NCBI RefSeq assembly: GCF_006345805.1
Contig: NW_021835478.1
Location: 29,176 to 93,175 of the forward strand
DNA: 64,000 bases
Source: Octopus sinensis
Lineage: Eukaryota
Direction: 5' to 3'
Shown here: piece after piece, positions 45,480-58,409 of the stretch
Position numbering within the stretch: the first letter of the stretch is position 1
Layout: every line of letters begins with the position of its first letter
Translations under genes and position numbers: made by a program
The notes under the pieces: generated by a model
The model's input: the letters and a program-made list of their open reading frames with translations, nothing else
Databases searched by the model: none
What the model was told of the DNA's origin: nothing

Positions 45480-48400
45480 GGTATATTTAGGGGCTGGTTT
45501 AGACAAGTTCCACCGTATTCAGCACACCGCATTGACATCGCACTGCTTCAAGAGACAAGACTCTCCCCTTGCAAACCAACTCCAAAATTCAAAAACTATT
45601 CAACTATCCGGGCTGACCGCCATAATGGCTCAAATGGGGGTGGCCTGTTAACTCTCATCCACAAATCTATCCCTTTCACTGACTCTACCCATTCTACCCG
45701 CCAATTGATATCACAAGACCCTCATATCGAACACACGTCAATCATTATCTCGATTAACAATACACCATACACAATTGCAAACATTTATATCCCTCCTCCA
45801 TCGAGCTGCTCCAGAGGCTACATTCCTTCCCTCGCCGCAATCATGTCTATCAAAAATATTATAATCTGCGGAGATCTAAATGCTAAAAATCCAGTCTGGC
45901 TGTCTAATCAATGCCTTGACCAGCGAGGCCTTCATCTAATGTCGCAACTGGAAGATCTAGTCATACTGAACGACCCTCATACACACACAAGGTGTGCTCT
46001 GAGAGCAAACGACACTAATACATCTCCAGATCTCTCCCTCTGCTCCCCATCAATCTCCTCCCGCATACATTGGTCGGTGATTTATGATCTCCCGTCAGAC
46101 CACAACCCAATTCTCATTTCAATTGACCTTCTATCACCTCGTGACATTTTCAGAAAAACTATCATCAACTACAACCGAGCAAACTGGTCCGCCTATCGTC
46201 AAGATACCGAAGCTGCCCTCAAAGGGTTCTCAACAGCAGCCCATAGCTCACTGGACTCCGCTATCCAATTCTTCACTTCGAAACTATTGGCGGCCGACAA
46301 GAGACACGTGCCTAAAGGATTCCACAAACATGCAAAACCATTATTTAACCGAGAAATAGTAGAACTCATTCAAAAAAGACGCTTATTGAAAAGGACCAAC
46401 CACACAAACGTGCATGAACTGTCAGTCCTCAACGAGAAAATCAACCAGATGATCTCAAAGCATAAGAAAAATAAATGGTCCGAATTCATCTCGTCTCTCG
46501 ATTAGGTAGGTGATCTCCGAACCAAGCTCTCGCATTTCTGGAGAGTTCTTAAAGGAATCCATACATCACAATCAGCCGATACAGATTCACACGCCTCTGG
46601 TCTAAACAATAAAAGACAAACGAAATCGTTCAGAGAACAGGCAAACACTATCATGAATCACTATGCGAAAATCAGTCACATTAGGATGGACAAAGATAAC
46701 CGATGCCGAAAACTCAAACTTAACAAAAACTTTCCCTCTCCAGAAATCACAATATCAACTTCTGAAATAAGTCAACTTATCGAGAACGCTAAGAATTCTC
46801 ATGCTTGTGGACCGGATGGTCTTTCCATATACCATTTGAAAAATCTTGGCCAAAATGGGTTAAATGCTCTGACAGATATCTTCAAAACTTCGCTAAACTC
46901 AGGACTAATACCCATGGTCTGGAAAAAATCTGTTATCATTCCAATTCTGAAGCCCAACAAAGACCCCTGCGACCCCGCCTCGTTCAGGCCAATTTCACTC
47001 ATCTCTGTCCTATCAAAAATCCTCGAAAAATTTGTCCTGAATTCAATCTACCCTTTCCTCACTCTATCAAAGTCACAGCATGGCTTCCGTCCGCAGCACT
47101 CAACAACTACACACCTATCTTATCTAACAAGATTCATCGCAGACGGATTTAATAACTACTCCCCTCCCCATCGAACTATCCTGGCCTCAATTGATATCAG
47201 TAAGGCTTTTGACCGAACTTCACGACATGTCCTGAGCTCAAAAATTCACTCTTCTCCTATTCCCCATCATCTGAAAATCTGGCTGTGTAGCTTCTTATCT
47301 GGTAGACTGGCTCAGACAAAATTCGGGTCAAAAAACTCCCGATTCCGGTACTTACCTAATGGGGTCCCTCAGGACTCCTGTCTCTCTCCAGCCCTCTTCA
47401 ATCTACACCTCAGTGATATGCCTACTAATTCGGAAACACTACTCCTCTCGTACGCAGACGACATAGTGATTGCTTCAAGAAACAATTCCATCGAAGCTGC
47501 AACAAACTCACTCCAAACTCATCTAGACTCTCTGACCAAATGGCTAGGATCTAACCATATGACTCCTTCTGCGTCCAAATCGTCCATCACTGTTTTTACA
47601 TCTGATAAAAGACAATTCAACCTAAACCCAGTCCTCGATGTGGCCGGCGAAATAATTCCTGTCATAAAAAACCCGAAAATTCTTGGAGTTGTATTCGATC
47701 AATGCCTATCTTTCACGCAACACGTGGAGCTCATTTCCACAAAAGCCAAACGAAAACTGAATGCACTACGTGCCTTATCTGGACAAACTTACGGCCAAGC
47801 CAAAGAATGCCTCACTTTGGTTTACAAACAATTTGTTAGAACATCAATGAACTATGCTAGTCCAGCATGGTCATGGAACTTGTCTCATTCAAACCTCCAA
47901 AAACTCCAAAGAATCCAAAACTCAGGGCTACGCACAATAACTGGCTGCCTTGCATCCACTCCCATCGATCATCTCCATTGGGAGTCCTGTATCCTTCCGG
48001 TCGATGACCATTTGACGATGAGAGGACTCCAATTCCTACAGGAAATACAAGACTCTTCACATCCAAGTCACAAAATCTCTATTCCAGAAAACAAAAGACA
48101 CATCATCTCTACTCTGGCCGATCAATGTAGATGTCTATCAAAAATACTCTCAACCAACAATGGGAAAACTGCGAATAAACTAATCCATGACCACATCTCC
48201 ACTCGTGCTATCAGGATGCTTAAAAACAACAAACTTCTCAACTCTCCCCCCCCCGCCGGTCCACTCCTCAGAGCAATCACTCGGCAGATATCTCCGTGTC
48301 CAGCTTACTCAGATTCGCTCAGGTCATCATCCACTCATTTTCGAAACATACCGTTCCTTCACCCCCGAAGACCTCTTCCCCTGTCCTGGACCGCCTCACT

Positions 48401-48525
48401 TGTCTCCGCCTATTGGGATTCGGGATCTCTGGGAGCGCCCGATCTTCGCGTCTCGCTACCTGATTGCAGCCGGCTTCCTACGTGTTAGTGAAGCCGGGGT
48501 AACATAACTAACTAACTATTAGATT
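45480..48525 (+). mobile_element. Jockey/I-like LINE ORF2 (APE plus RT), 5'-truncated, with premature stop
   Basis: LLQETRL, GDLNA, SPDLS, SDHNP; in-frame TAG at 46503-46505; FRPISLISVLSKILE, DISKAFD, GVPQDS, YADD; 3' tail TAAC(A)TAACTAACTAAC. Confidence 0.92.
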
Positions 48526-48709
48526 TGCCTATTTTCGAAAAAATGTTTAATTGCACAGGGGATGTATACGGAGAAGTACCATCGACATTAAAATATGTCT
48601 ATCTGTGAATCTGCCATAACATTTAATAGCACATATGTTGTGGCAGGTAGGCGTAACGAACAGTCACGTAATATTAATTTTATTCATACAGAGAAAAAAC
48701 AAAAATAGA

Positions 48710-49408
48710 TCAATCAAGCGGCACAAATTTGTAATAATAGGAGATTGCATAATGAGTCATCAGACTGGACATGCACTCGGGGACACTGTCGGTGTGGATA
48801 GCTGTCAAACTAGGAAGAAAACGACAACCAGGAGATCCTTCAAAAACTGTGAAGGCTGGGACAGTCGTATCAGGGGGAACAACCGAGTTGTCAGCTACAA
48901 CGCAGCAGTCGCACAAATTAGCCCTGTCTCCCTCACGAATAACCAAATAAACAGACAATGATGCAATTGCTGCCTATCCACACAAACGAACTGACATTGA
49001 CAGCACCCAAAACAGTATTTTCACCGATATGGACATAGCTCCCAATGTTTTGACGGAAAAAAAGATATCTTGACAAGTCAGATCCCCGAGACATACCCCT
49101 TGGACGAATTTGTGAACGGCGGTCTTATAACAACGTTTGTTTTGATTACACAATATTTCCCAATGTCCACATTGGCCAAATCAGCTCTGATGACTGTCTT
49201 GTCCATAATTATTGTCTGTGTTAAGGAGTTGGACAAACCTTTCCTTTGAGGGTGATCCGATCACGTGCCATTGGGACAGACCCGGTGCATATTTTATTTC
49301 CTGAGCCCTAGTGGAGTAGGGGAATTGTAGAACTGTTTCAATATATCGAGATTTTGGATAAAACACGTTTTCTAACTCATTTGTGATATAATGGAGGACA
49401 CTGTTCAT
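48710..49408 (-). CDS. DCTN5: Dynactin subunit 5 (p25)
   Basis: FYPKSRYIET|GSGNKI...LKGK|TIIMDKTVIRADLANVDIGKYCVIKTNVVIRPPF; VPPDTTVPAFTVFEGSPG; YYKFVP. Confidence 0.92.
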
Positions 49409-49669
49409 GACAACACGATATCCAATTTAAATTAATATTAATTTCTTAATAATAAATATGAATAATATTCTATAATTTGGTGTCGCGCGGCTTCCGCGTT
49501 ACCAGTTCTATCGTGTTACGATTTGCACGTATTGACTTCTAGTCTAAATATAAGTTTAAATATATGACTTAAATTTTAGACCATGGTATTTGGATGTTTC
49601 AGTTTTTGTTAAAAATGTTGTTTAAAAATGCAATACTAACTATTAAGAGTACAAAAACATTGTTTTTAT

Positions 49670-49921
49670 TTGAAAAGAAAATCCAAAAACAAAATAATTA
49701 CTTTATTAGGCCGAGAATTCAACATTTTACGGAAGTTTAGTCGCTTAAGACACCCTCAATCACATAGTCAAATTGAAAAATGCAACCAAATGTTTGCAAA
49801 AAGGATGTTTGTAAAAGAAAATTACAAATGGTCTACGAGCCTTGATCCAGTTCTCTATAACTACAAAATAAGTATTCATTCAGCAACAAAAAACTTAAAA
49901 GAAATTAAATCAAATTTTTGA
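49670..49921 (+). mobile_element. Ginger/KRBA2-like DDE integrase remnant
   Basis: GREF...RHPQSHSQIEKCNQ...KWSTSLDPVLYNY.ISIHSAT. Confidence 0.7.
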
Positions 49922-50149
49922 AATTAATCAGAAGAAACGCGGGTTGGGAGCTACAAAACAATTGAGAAAAAACTGTAACGGAGACAGACGAAAAAAACCC
50001 CGGAAAGTGTGCATAATATTGCTGAATCAACAGAGCCAGACGATAAAAACAGCCCCAAAAACATAGTAAAGCTTTATAATTTCACAAAAGGTGATTTTCC
50101 TTGGATAGTTGCTTCGAAATTTTTTATATAAAAAGTTCAAAGGAATTGG

Positions 50150-50540
50150 GATAATATCTATTGCTCACACATATTCGATACTATTCGCACAAACGCCGAC
50201 CAGTCTCAGTTTGCAAGTATTGTGCTTGTCAACCACATTCGGCCGATTGGCTCAATGCCTTACTGATCTCGTCAGCCGGTATATTCCCGACAACAAATCA
50301 CTACGCATCATTATACGCATTGCCAGATTTGCCAGCCACATCGCTCCAGGTGCGGTAAATTCATCGACAGAAGGGGATTCTCTTCGCCTCAGTTCTGGCA
50401 GGTTCCCCAGGCACGCTTCGCTAAATGAAGCTCTCAAACTCCTCTAAGATTGGTTATCTCGAGAAGGAGTTACGACAGTCGCAAAACGAGCTGGCTTTTT
50501 GAACTGACATCGTTCGCTATATTACGTGTCCATTCGACGC
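50150..50540 (+). mobile_element. Internally deleted CRE-like fragment close to the 3777-6844 family
   Basis: CACQPHSADWLNAL.ISSAG; SSGRFPRHASLNE joined directly to DSRKTSWLFELTSFAILR. Confidence 0.8.
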
Positions 50541-50675
50541 GACTAATTCAAATTAAACTTTCATCTTCCTTATTAGTTATTTAAATAAATCATTCTTATA
50601 AAAAATAATCTATATTTATTAACAATATTAGAAAAATATAATTTGAACAACATAACAATTATTCCTTGTTAAGGA

Positions 50676-53600
50676 ATGGAGGAGATTGAAAATATTCAAT
50701 TTGTAATCTTTCCAGTCATCTCCCACAGCTTGACGAGGATGACTTTGAGTTACCCCAGGCTGTACTCCCATCAGTTGACCAACTACTCAAATCCATAACT
50801 GACCCCTCCCAATCCGACGATTCTGACTGGCCAGAATACTGCCTCGACAGACGGAGTGTGCCATCCTTCGAAATCACCACTCTGGCCGGCCTATTTTCAA
50901 TCATAGAACAACATATGGTCAGACCTCCCCCTCCATTCTCAGAAATTGTTCAATATCGGCAATTTGGAAGTTCTGGTATCATCTGGCATACCTCATCCTA
51001 GGCGCTCTCATCAAAGTACATCGGAGTGGGGACATCCCACGGTTACGTCATCATTTTCGGTTGCCTTTGATGTTCAGTGGCCAGACGAACACCAAAAACT
51101 CAAGACTTGTTTCATTGGGGACATTTATGGGTCAGTGACGTCATTAGACATATCTGAGTGTCTTGTGGTGGCAGGTCATTCCTTTGGATATGTGAGTGTC
51201 CCAGTCATTTGCAGATCACTTTGTGGAGTCTGTCTAAGAATGTCCTCGTTTTGGCCATTAAGGAGTTTGTAGGACATTGCTTGGTCAACGTTAAGGTTGG
51301 TCTGCCCCTTAATTTATAGTTCTCCCCCAATTCAAGAATAGTGTACACCACGGACAGCCAGGGCTCGTTATTTGCAGTATTCCTCGGGTGAGTCCTTTTT
51401 CCTATTTCAGACGAAAGGGCCTCACTTCCGAACATTCCATCGAGTGTCTTCATTCTTCCTTGTATTGTTGAGTAATCACCCAGCAATGGCGAAATATCCG
51501 CGGTAGAGCCCCTCGTCCTCCCTTCTTCCGCGGACTTGGCCCGACACTCACTGCTGGCCGTGGGGACTGCATGCAAAGTAGATGATTAAAACAATTCAGA
51601 CTTGTGTTCTGGGCTGTTACGAGTGGTATAAACAGCTCATGACAACTCCCTTCGAGGTTTCCGTTTTTTAGGTTTTTTAGAATGACGGAACTCAACTGGC
51701 CGTGGTAAAGTGGGTTGTGTCATCTGCGAATGGCGTGAGACTGCTCCACGGAAAGGACAATGTTTTCTACATAGTGTCCGTGGAGTGTGAGGATGTCAAA
51801 AAAAGGACGGACAATATTCTGTTCTCGATTGTGCACAAATTGGAGTTTTCCTACTCCGTTTGCTACATTGCCCTTGTCAACGAGTTTTCAATGTTCACGC
51901 TCGACTCGACAGAGACGTTTCGACATGTCGAATATTCTGGGAATGAAATTTCAGTTTGCACATTGAGTGACCTAGAGAGTGTGGATGCTCGTTTTTTGAA
52001 CATTGTCTACCAGTCGAGTCACTTTAAGGCCCAGACGAGTGCTCTGGTTGAGTTGGTGGTCTACTTCCTAGGCATCCCACAGCCACCAGGCCTGTTACTA
52101 CACCTTCTGTGTACAAAACGAGGAAATTCTCTGTCTCGGGAGGCGGGGAGTGTCGAGGATTCGTCTGCTCTCCACAAAGGAGAGACTCGACAGACTGACC
52201 AGTTCCACTCTCCACAGGGAGGCCGTCCTCTTGGCCGTGGCCTTTTGTGAAGGAAGGGAAGGTCCGTGGAAGAGGACTGACGAGGCACTGTCCTCGAGTG
52301 AGGTTGGGGACATTATATGCGAATATGTCACGTGTGTTGCCAAGACGTCTCCAAATCACGGAAATATCGCAAAACTTCATGAATTTTACTACCAGGTGGT
52401 ACCATTCGTCATTAGAGCTTGTCTGGCCGTCAATGCGACGTACACGAATAGGGATATTCGTAGGGGAGTGTTGTTTGGGAAGGTCTATGACCTGTTCTAT
52501 GTGGATTCTGTCTCTCTCCGTGTTTTCCTGGACTGTCTAAACAACTGCATTCTGAACAATCAGGTTGTTTGGAGACTTGTAGCAAGATAAGGGACATTCC
52601 GCCTGAGGTGACTCAGCACTTCCTCAAAGAGTACACTTCTGACGGACTCATCAAAGAATTGGAAGAATGTCTCATCAACCTCTCCATTTCGAGCATTGAC
52701 ATTGACATGGTGACTCCCATCCACATTCCAGGCACTCAAGTTCGCCTGGAAATGGGAAGCCTTCTCCGTCATAATTTATATCTACAACGAGGCCTTTGGG
52801 GACTACGTGTCACCCGCCCGAATATTGATTGAGTCACTCCATCGAAAGTTGGCTCAAAATGAGTCGGGGACAGTCTCCTCTGTGGGGAACATGTGCCTGC
52901 TTTACTTGAGGTAGCCTTTGTAGTGGGAAGGAATAGTCTATGTCTCACGGGGAGGAAGTACCCTCATGGGTCACTCGAGGGGCACACTTGTTGGCGAGTC
53001 AAGGACGACATATTCCGTTTTCTTGTCCTGCTCAAAGACAAAGGCAGTTCGGAGGGGAAAACAAGTCCGGTTAATTCTTAAGCCTAGTTTGGCGAGAAAA
53101 TGAGAGAGTTTTGTATCCAAATCTGCGAATTCTGCTCAAATTCGACATTCACGGGTTTTTTAACGTTTTGTCGATAGTGAGCATTTTTGCTAATTTAAGG
53201 CATTCGGAGACCTGGAGTAAGTTCTGAGTTATCAGTCGTAGAAAGACTCAGCATCAGGTCATGGTGGACGTTCTCTTCAGTGTCATGATCGAAATGGATT
53301 TGGATTTTGGGGTGACTTTTCTACTTTAAATCAGAAACGTGAACTGTCCATACTTTTCACTTTGTTGCCCAACAATTGGCCAAAAGTCCAGGGTGCCTCT
53401 TCATCAGTCGGTCCTTGATGGATCAAGTCAGCAATTATTGACACTTTTCAAGGTTTTGGAATTCCTGACCGTGGAGGAGGAGGCTCAGCTGTATGGACGT
53501 CAGCAGGCCCTTCTAAATTTGATCGAATCTGACGAAAATGCATATTTCAACGACAAAGTGATCCTCGAAAGGTGTTGGAGGGCCAAATTGTGGGTTGATT

Positions 53601-54980
53601 CTCGAATATTTCAGTTACGAAATATGTGAGTTGATTCTTCGACGGAATCGAGACTTTGCCCCAATATTTTATTGCTATTTGTACGATATTCTCAGAAAGG
53701 TTTCCCACTCTGGCAGATTTGTCGATTAGAGCAGTGTGTTTGAGTGGGTGGAGGACATTCTGGAGAGGACGGACGTTTCGAGTCAGCAGAAGCACGTCAT
53801 TCGACAGAACATCCTCAAAAATGTGAAGGTATTGACCACTGAGTGTCGATTTAGGCACTGTTTGACATTTCAGTGCCCAAAACGACACAGCTGCTGATTT
53901 TTGAGTTGAAAATACCCCCAACTGACGTCTGTGAGCTGATCAAGGAGAATGAGTTGACTTTATTATCATTTTGTGACTGTATTTGGTCTATTCGGTTGGT
54001 TAGACAGTCTGATGTTTAGCCAGAGGGACAGCTTTGGAAGACAATTGGAGATGCCGAATGCACTGCATGAAGTTTACTTTGAACTGCTGTGCAAATACCG
54101 TCCCAGGGATGTGATCGACAATCTCAAGTCGGGGGGCTTCTGTAGTTTCGAGGCAATTTTTCAGGTTTTGTGACTCAGTCAAGCTCAGCTGACCCAAAAA
54201 TACAAAATATATGAGGCGGAAGCATTTCTGTATGAGAAAATGGGGTCAATCGAGGCGGGGTACAACGTGTTGGAGCACGTGGGAGTTTTACTGACGAACT
54301 AGGTCATGACGGAAGAACTCAAAGAGGACTGCTCTGTGGATGGGGAGTTGAAGATCCCTTTGAGTCTAGTCAATCTAGTCGAGTATTTGCTTAGAAACAG
54401 GCGAATCGATTCATCTCGGAAGGAGGTGGTTTGGGAGTTATTTTTTTAGAAAATGTGGGTTCGTCTGTTTTGTCGAATTTATTCCTTACAAAAGACGGTA
54501 TCTTCTGAAGAAAATTCAGAATGTATTGTCGGGTTGTCGATCTTGTAGTCTGGGAATTTTGTTTCAACTATGTGCTCAATTCGGTCCCTTCGAACGTGTC
54601 TTTGACAATGATTTTGAGCGGTTTTTTGTGCCAAGACGGCGGTGAGGACTTGTTTGTAAGACTGAGGGGACTGTTGGATAATTTTTTTTCACTTTGTCAT
54701 TACAAAGAGGTAATCAAACCGTGTCAGTTTACAGAGAGCGATCAAATCGTACTCAAATTTGTTGTGTGGGGATTTGAATGCACTGGTCAGGAGTAGTGGG
54801 AAGAAAAGTGGAGTTTATGTGGCTGATCTAAATTGTACTGTCTGCGGGAGGACGATTCGTGAGGGGAGATTGCTGGTGGATCATGTTGGGAATGTTATTC
54901 ACGGAGACTGCGTGGGGAGCGCTACTGAGTGTGGAGTGGCCCCATCGACCACATATACTCTTACAGATGATTATTTTTAA
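50676..54980 (+). CDS. VPS8: CORVET subunit VPS8, many micro-introns
   Basis: DEDDFELPQAVLPSVDQLL; GSVTSLDI...AGHSFG (WD40); IYIYNEAFGDYVSP; CLTGRKYP; ELLCKYRP; EAFLYEK; C-terminal C/H motif CTVC...HGDC. Confidence 0.85.
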
Positions 54981-55075
54981 CACAAATGTTTGGAATTCTG
55001 CAAAATGTTTATGACTGTGGATTGGTCAACTTAATATTCTCAACGCAAGACCAAATTCAAACAAACATAATTATG

Positions 55076-56066
55076 TCATTTTTTATAATCGGCCAACAGA
55101 TAGCAGAAATATTCATAAGTGAGCATAGTCACTGCAGAATTGGGGAGTTGCCTGATCAAATGAATGCCCAGTCCTCGATATAAGGCAATCAATCCTTCAT
55201 CTCTCACGACCCCCCTCACAGTTCCCGTCCAAGTCCCGTAGGTCCTGTCCTTCTCCCTTAACCTCGTCCTCACCACTTCGTAGGGATACGTTGCAGAACA
55301 GGATACAAACTTGGACACAGCCGACAAGAAAAAAGAAATGCCAAAGTTCCATTTTGAACTGCCAATGCTTTCTACGTGCCCGCTGTGGGCTCCAATCATC
55401 CAACTCCTCAGTTTTTCATACACAAAAAAGTAGACGACCGCCTCCGAGACACCAATATAGCTCACTAGAAGACCACGGTAGAATGCCAGAGGTCCCTCCT
55501 GTCTCCAAATTTGTCCTACCAAATTGGCAATCGAGATGGATGTGTCATTGCGGAGTTGGAGACGAGTTTTTATAAACCAGAGAGGATTGGTGGCCGTGGC
55601 TGTGCACACTCCTCTCAGTGAAACTCACAAACAACCCCCAAAAAAGGCAGATGTGACAATTTGGAGAGAGGATGGACTGCCGTCCTCACAGAGATACCTC
55701 TTCGCTGCAGAATACGAGTAAAAGTGGATTGCTCTCGGCAATAACCAATGAAAATACTTAGAAGGGACTATCCCCAGCAGATTGGCCCCGAGACCACGGA
55801 AAAGACCAGGAACCCCCTCTGTCTTGACAATTGACCTGCCAAAAGTTCTGGTGAGTTGGCTGACCTCAAAACTATGATAATTTTTGAGTGGATTGGGGAA
55901 TTTGATTTGGTCATGTAATTTAAATGTTTGTGTTCTCTGGACTGGAATCGCGTTTTCACTACCTCAAGGGGACAGGTCACACTCACTCCGAGCATTCCAG
56001 CAGCTCTGATGTGAGGATAAGTCACAAAAACCCTCCAGCTAGCAAGTCCACAAACGAAAACTGCAT
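55076..56066 (-). CDS. SLC25A36: Mitochondrial pyrimidine nucleotide carrier (SLC25A33/36, Rim2-like)
   Basis: Three carrier signatures: TCPLEVVKTRFQ, TNPLWFIKTRLQL, YPYEVVRTRLRE; GLGANLLGIVPS.AIHF. Confidence 0.88.
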
Positions 56067-56914
56067 TTTTCAACCACAGAACCGAAATATTAAAATATTT
56101 TATTTACATACAAATTTAATAATTCAGTGGAACCTCCATTTCAAGGTGACCTCCTCATTGGGGCACATCTATTTTTGGGAAAGTTTGAAATTAAGTCATT
56201 TTTATACAGTAATTGCCAAATAAATCAACGAAAATTGTTTCACGAGCGAACGAGATATTGCCAGAAAAGTATAAAATTAGTAAAGGTTTCTGATAATTTT
56301 ATTGTTCACACAGTGATGTAGAATTTCACAGCGAAGAGACTGTCTGGCACATTTGATACAATTGTTTATGAATACTTTTTTAAAGCAGGGGAAGAATTTA
56401 TTCCTGATTCAGGACGTATTTAATTATTTATTTATTGTTTCCACAGGATCACTGGGTTATAATGAAAGAGAAAAGTCCTAGCTAACTAAGTAATCCGAGA
56501 ACATGGCAATAAAGGTTTTCTCCGACGTGGAGGGGAGTCATGGATGGCTCTCCAGAAAAGGCATGTCCATAGCTCGAAACAGGGACGATTTTTGAAGTAG
56601 TTAAACAATGATTCGTATAGGGGATTCGCAGGAATAGAGACTGTCCTCAACATTTTTTGTTGACTTTTGATGAGAACTGCCTCCAGGGTGTTAGATGAAA
56701 GGTCCCAAGCAATTAATTTTTTGGCGGCTTTATGAATTGTGGATAATTTTAAAGGAAGGAGCGGGAGATTATCATCGACCACGATTGGCTTGCGATTTTA
56801 ACATGGCTATAATTGGTTTGAAAAATTAAAAAAGGAACAAATTGTCATTTAAGACAATAAGTGGTGAAAAAAATTTGTGTGATATTTTTTTCTCTTAGAT
56901 TTTTTTATTAGTAA

Positions 56915-56980
56915 ATTGCTCTCGGCAATGACCAATGAAAATACTTGGAAGAGACTATCCCCAGCAGATTGGCCCCGAGA
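56915..56980 (-). other. 66-bp copy of SLC25A36 exon plus 24-nt intron (source 55728-55793)
   Basis: Three substitutions relative to the source; flanked by TCTTAGATTTTTTT on both sides. Confidence 0.88.
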
Positions 56981-57289
56981 TTCTTAGATTTTTTTACGAT
57001 GATTATGTTAATAACTATGCCAGTGAAAATATGTTCAAATGCAATGAAACGAGATTGTACAATAAAAGAATATTATCAAAATCACGAGAATAATGATTTT
57101 TTAACATTGAGCTATTTTCTGCAAAAAATGCAACCTCGTTAGTTTAACCCAAAGATATTGGAGTTATTTAATCGTTAAATTCATTAATTTAAATATTTTG
57201 ATGGATTTTACCTTACCTTATCTTTTTTTTTGCATTAAAATTAATCAATTCCAAAAAATTTATCATAACTTATTTAAAGCAGAAGAACT

Positions 57290-58409
57290 GATGGCGATCT
57301 AGTTTCCCCTCACTATTGCTTGGGACACGTTCTGGAGGAGCCATCTCGTCTCCAGAGGATTGTGTGTTCTCAGGGTCTTGAGACGTCCAATACACATGAG
57401 GAAGCGCAACGACTCCATCCCAATCGATCCCAGGGTTTCGACAGCAACCGGCCGGAAAACGTAGCGATCGGTGAGCCTATCATATTTCTTCTTCTTGATG
57501 TCCTCTGCTCTATCCGCAGCTGTGCCAGCATTGCAGGCACTTTCCAACATATTTGTCTTGGACAAGGAGTCGGAACATGTTGAATCCCATACGAGAGGCT
57601 TTCCTTCCAAAAACGGAAAGATAGTCATCCCGTCTGGGCGTTTTCCATCTCCTCGGTCCAATCCAGGTGGTTCCAGCACTGATGGGAATCCGATTGAATC
57701 GAGAGCTCTTCTTATGACGTCGTTGAGAGCTGAATGCCTCGGGAATCTACCAGCGCTTTTTCGACAGGAAAGAGGGTGGAGTCCAAATTGATCAATCGAT
57801 GCACCACAGGGGCATTTGTGTGGTTCACAAACTTTGAGACCGATACGTAGACAGATACCGACTCGCAGTGTGTCAGAATCCAAGAGAGTCCCCAAGCTTC
57901 CGATCGGGAAGGCTTCCAACTATTCTCCACTCCCCGTGGACCTCCCGGCAAGCAAGCATGCCCTACAGTGTTGATTCGATGTCTTTAGGAGACTCTCGAA
58001 CCGACCTTCGCACACAATCTTGTCATAACACTTCTGTGAGGAGAAGTCCGCGGCAGCTTCGATTCGTTTGCGCTCCAACTGTCAAAGTAGGCAGTCATCT
58101 TAGGTAATGAAGATTCGGGGAGGAGATGAAGAATCTTCTGAACCAGAGTTTGACTGCTGTACAGTGAAGACAGGAATGCGGGGCGGGACACATCGGTAGG
58201 ATTTCGGATGCCAAGACCTCCAAAGGAGACAGGAAGGGAAGCTTGTTTCCAGCCTTGATCGTCGAATTTGATGTTAATGATGCGTCTTTTGAGGATGGTT
58301 TTTACAATGTTGAATTTCTGCCAAGTAAATCTCAGACAAGTAATCAATATTGTTGAGAATATGGTAGTTCTTTCTGTTTTTCTGTTGAAATGGTGACTTC
58401 CCTCTATTG
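57290..58409 (-). mobile_element. CRE-like retrotransposon 3' part, cut by the adjacent hAT
   Basis: LPVSFGGLGIR; CPCG...HPLSC...RH; KRPDG...WDSTC...KKKKY...VETLG...IVRGN. Confidence 0.88.

Noticed and set aside
56486-56782. 98-aa minus-strand ORF as a gene or LINE tail
   Set aside because: No recognisable motif and no ATG start; left uncalled.
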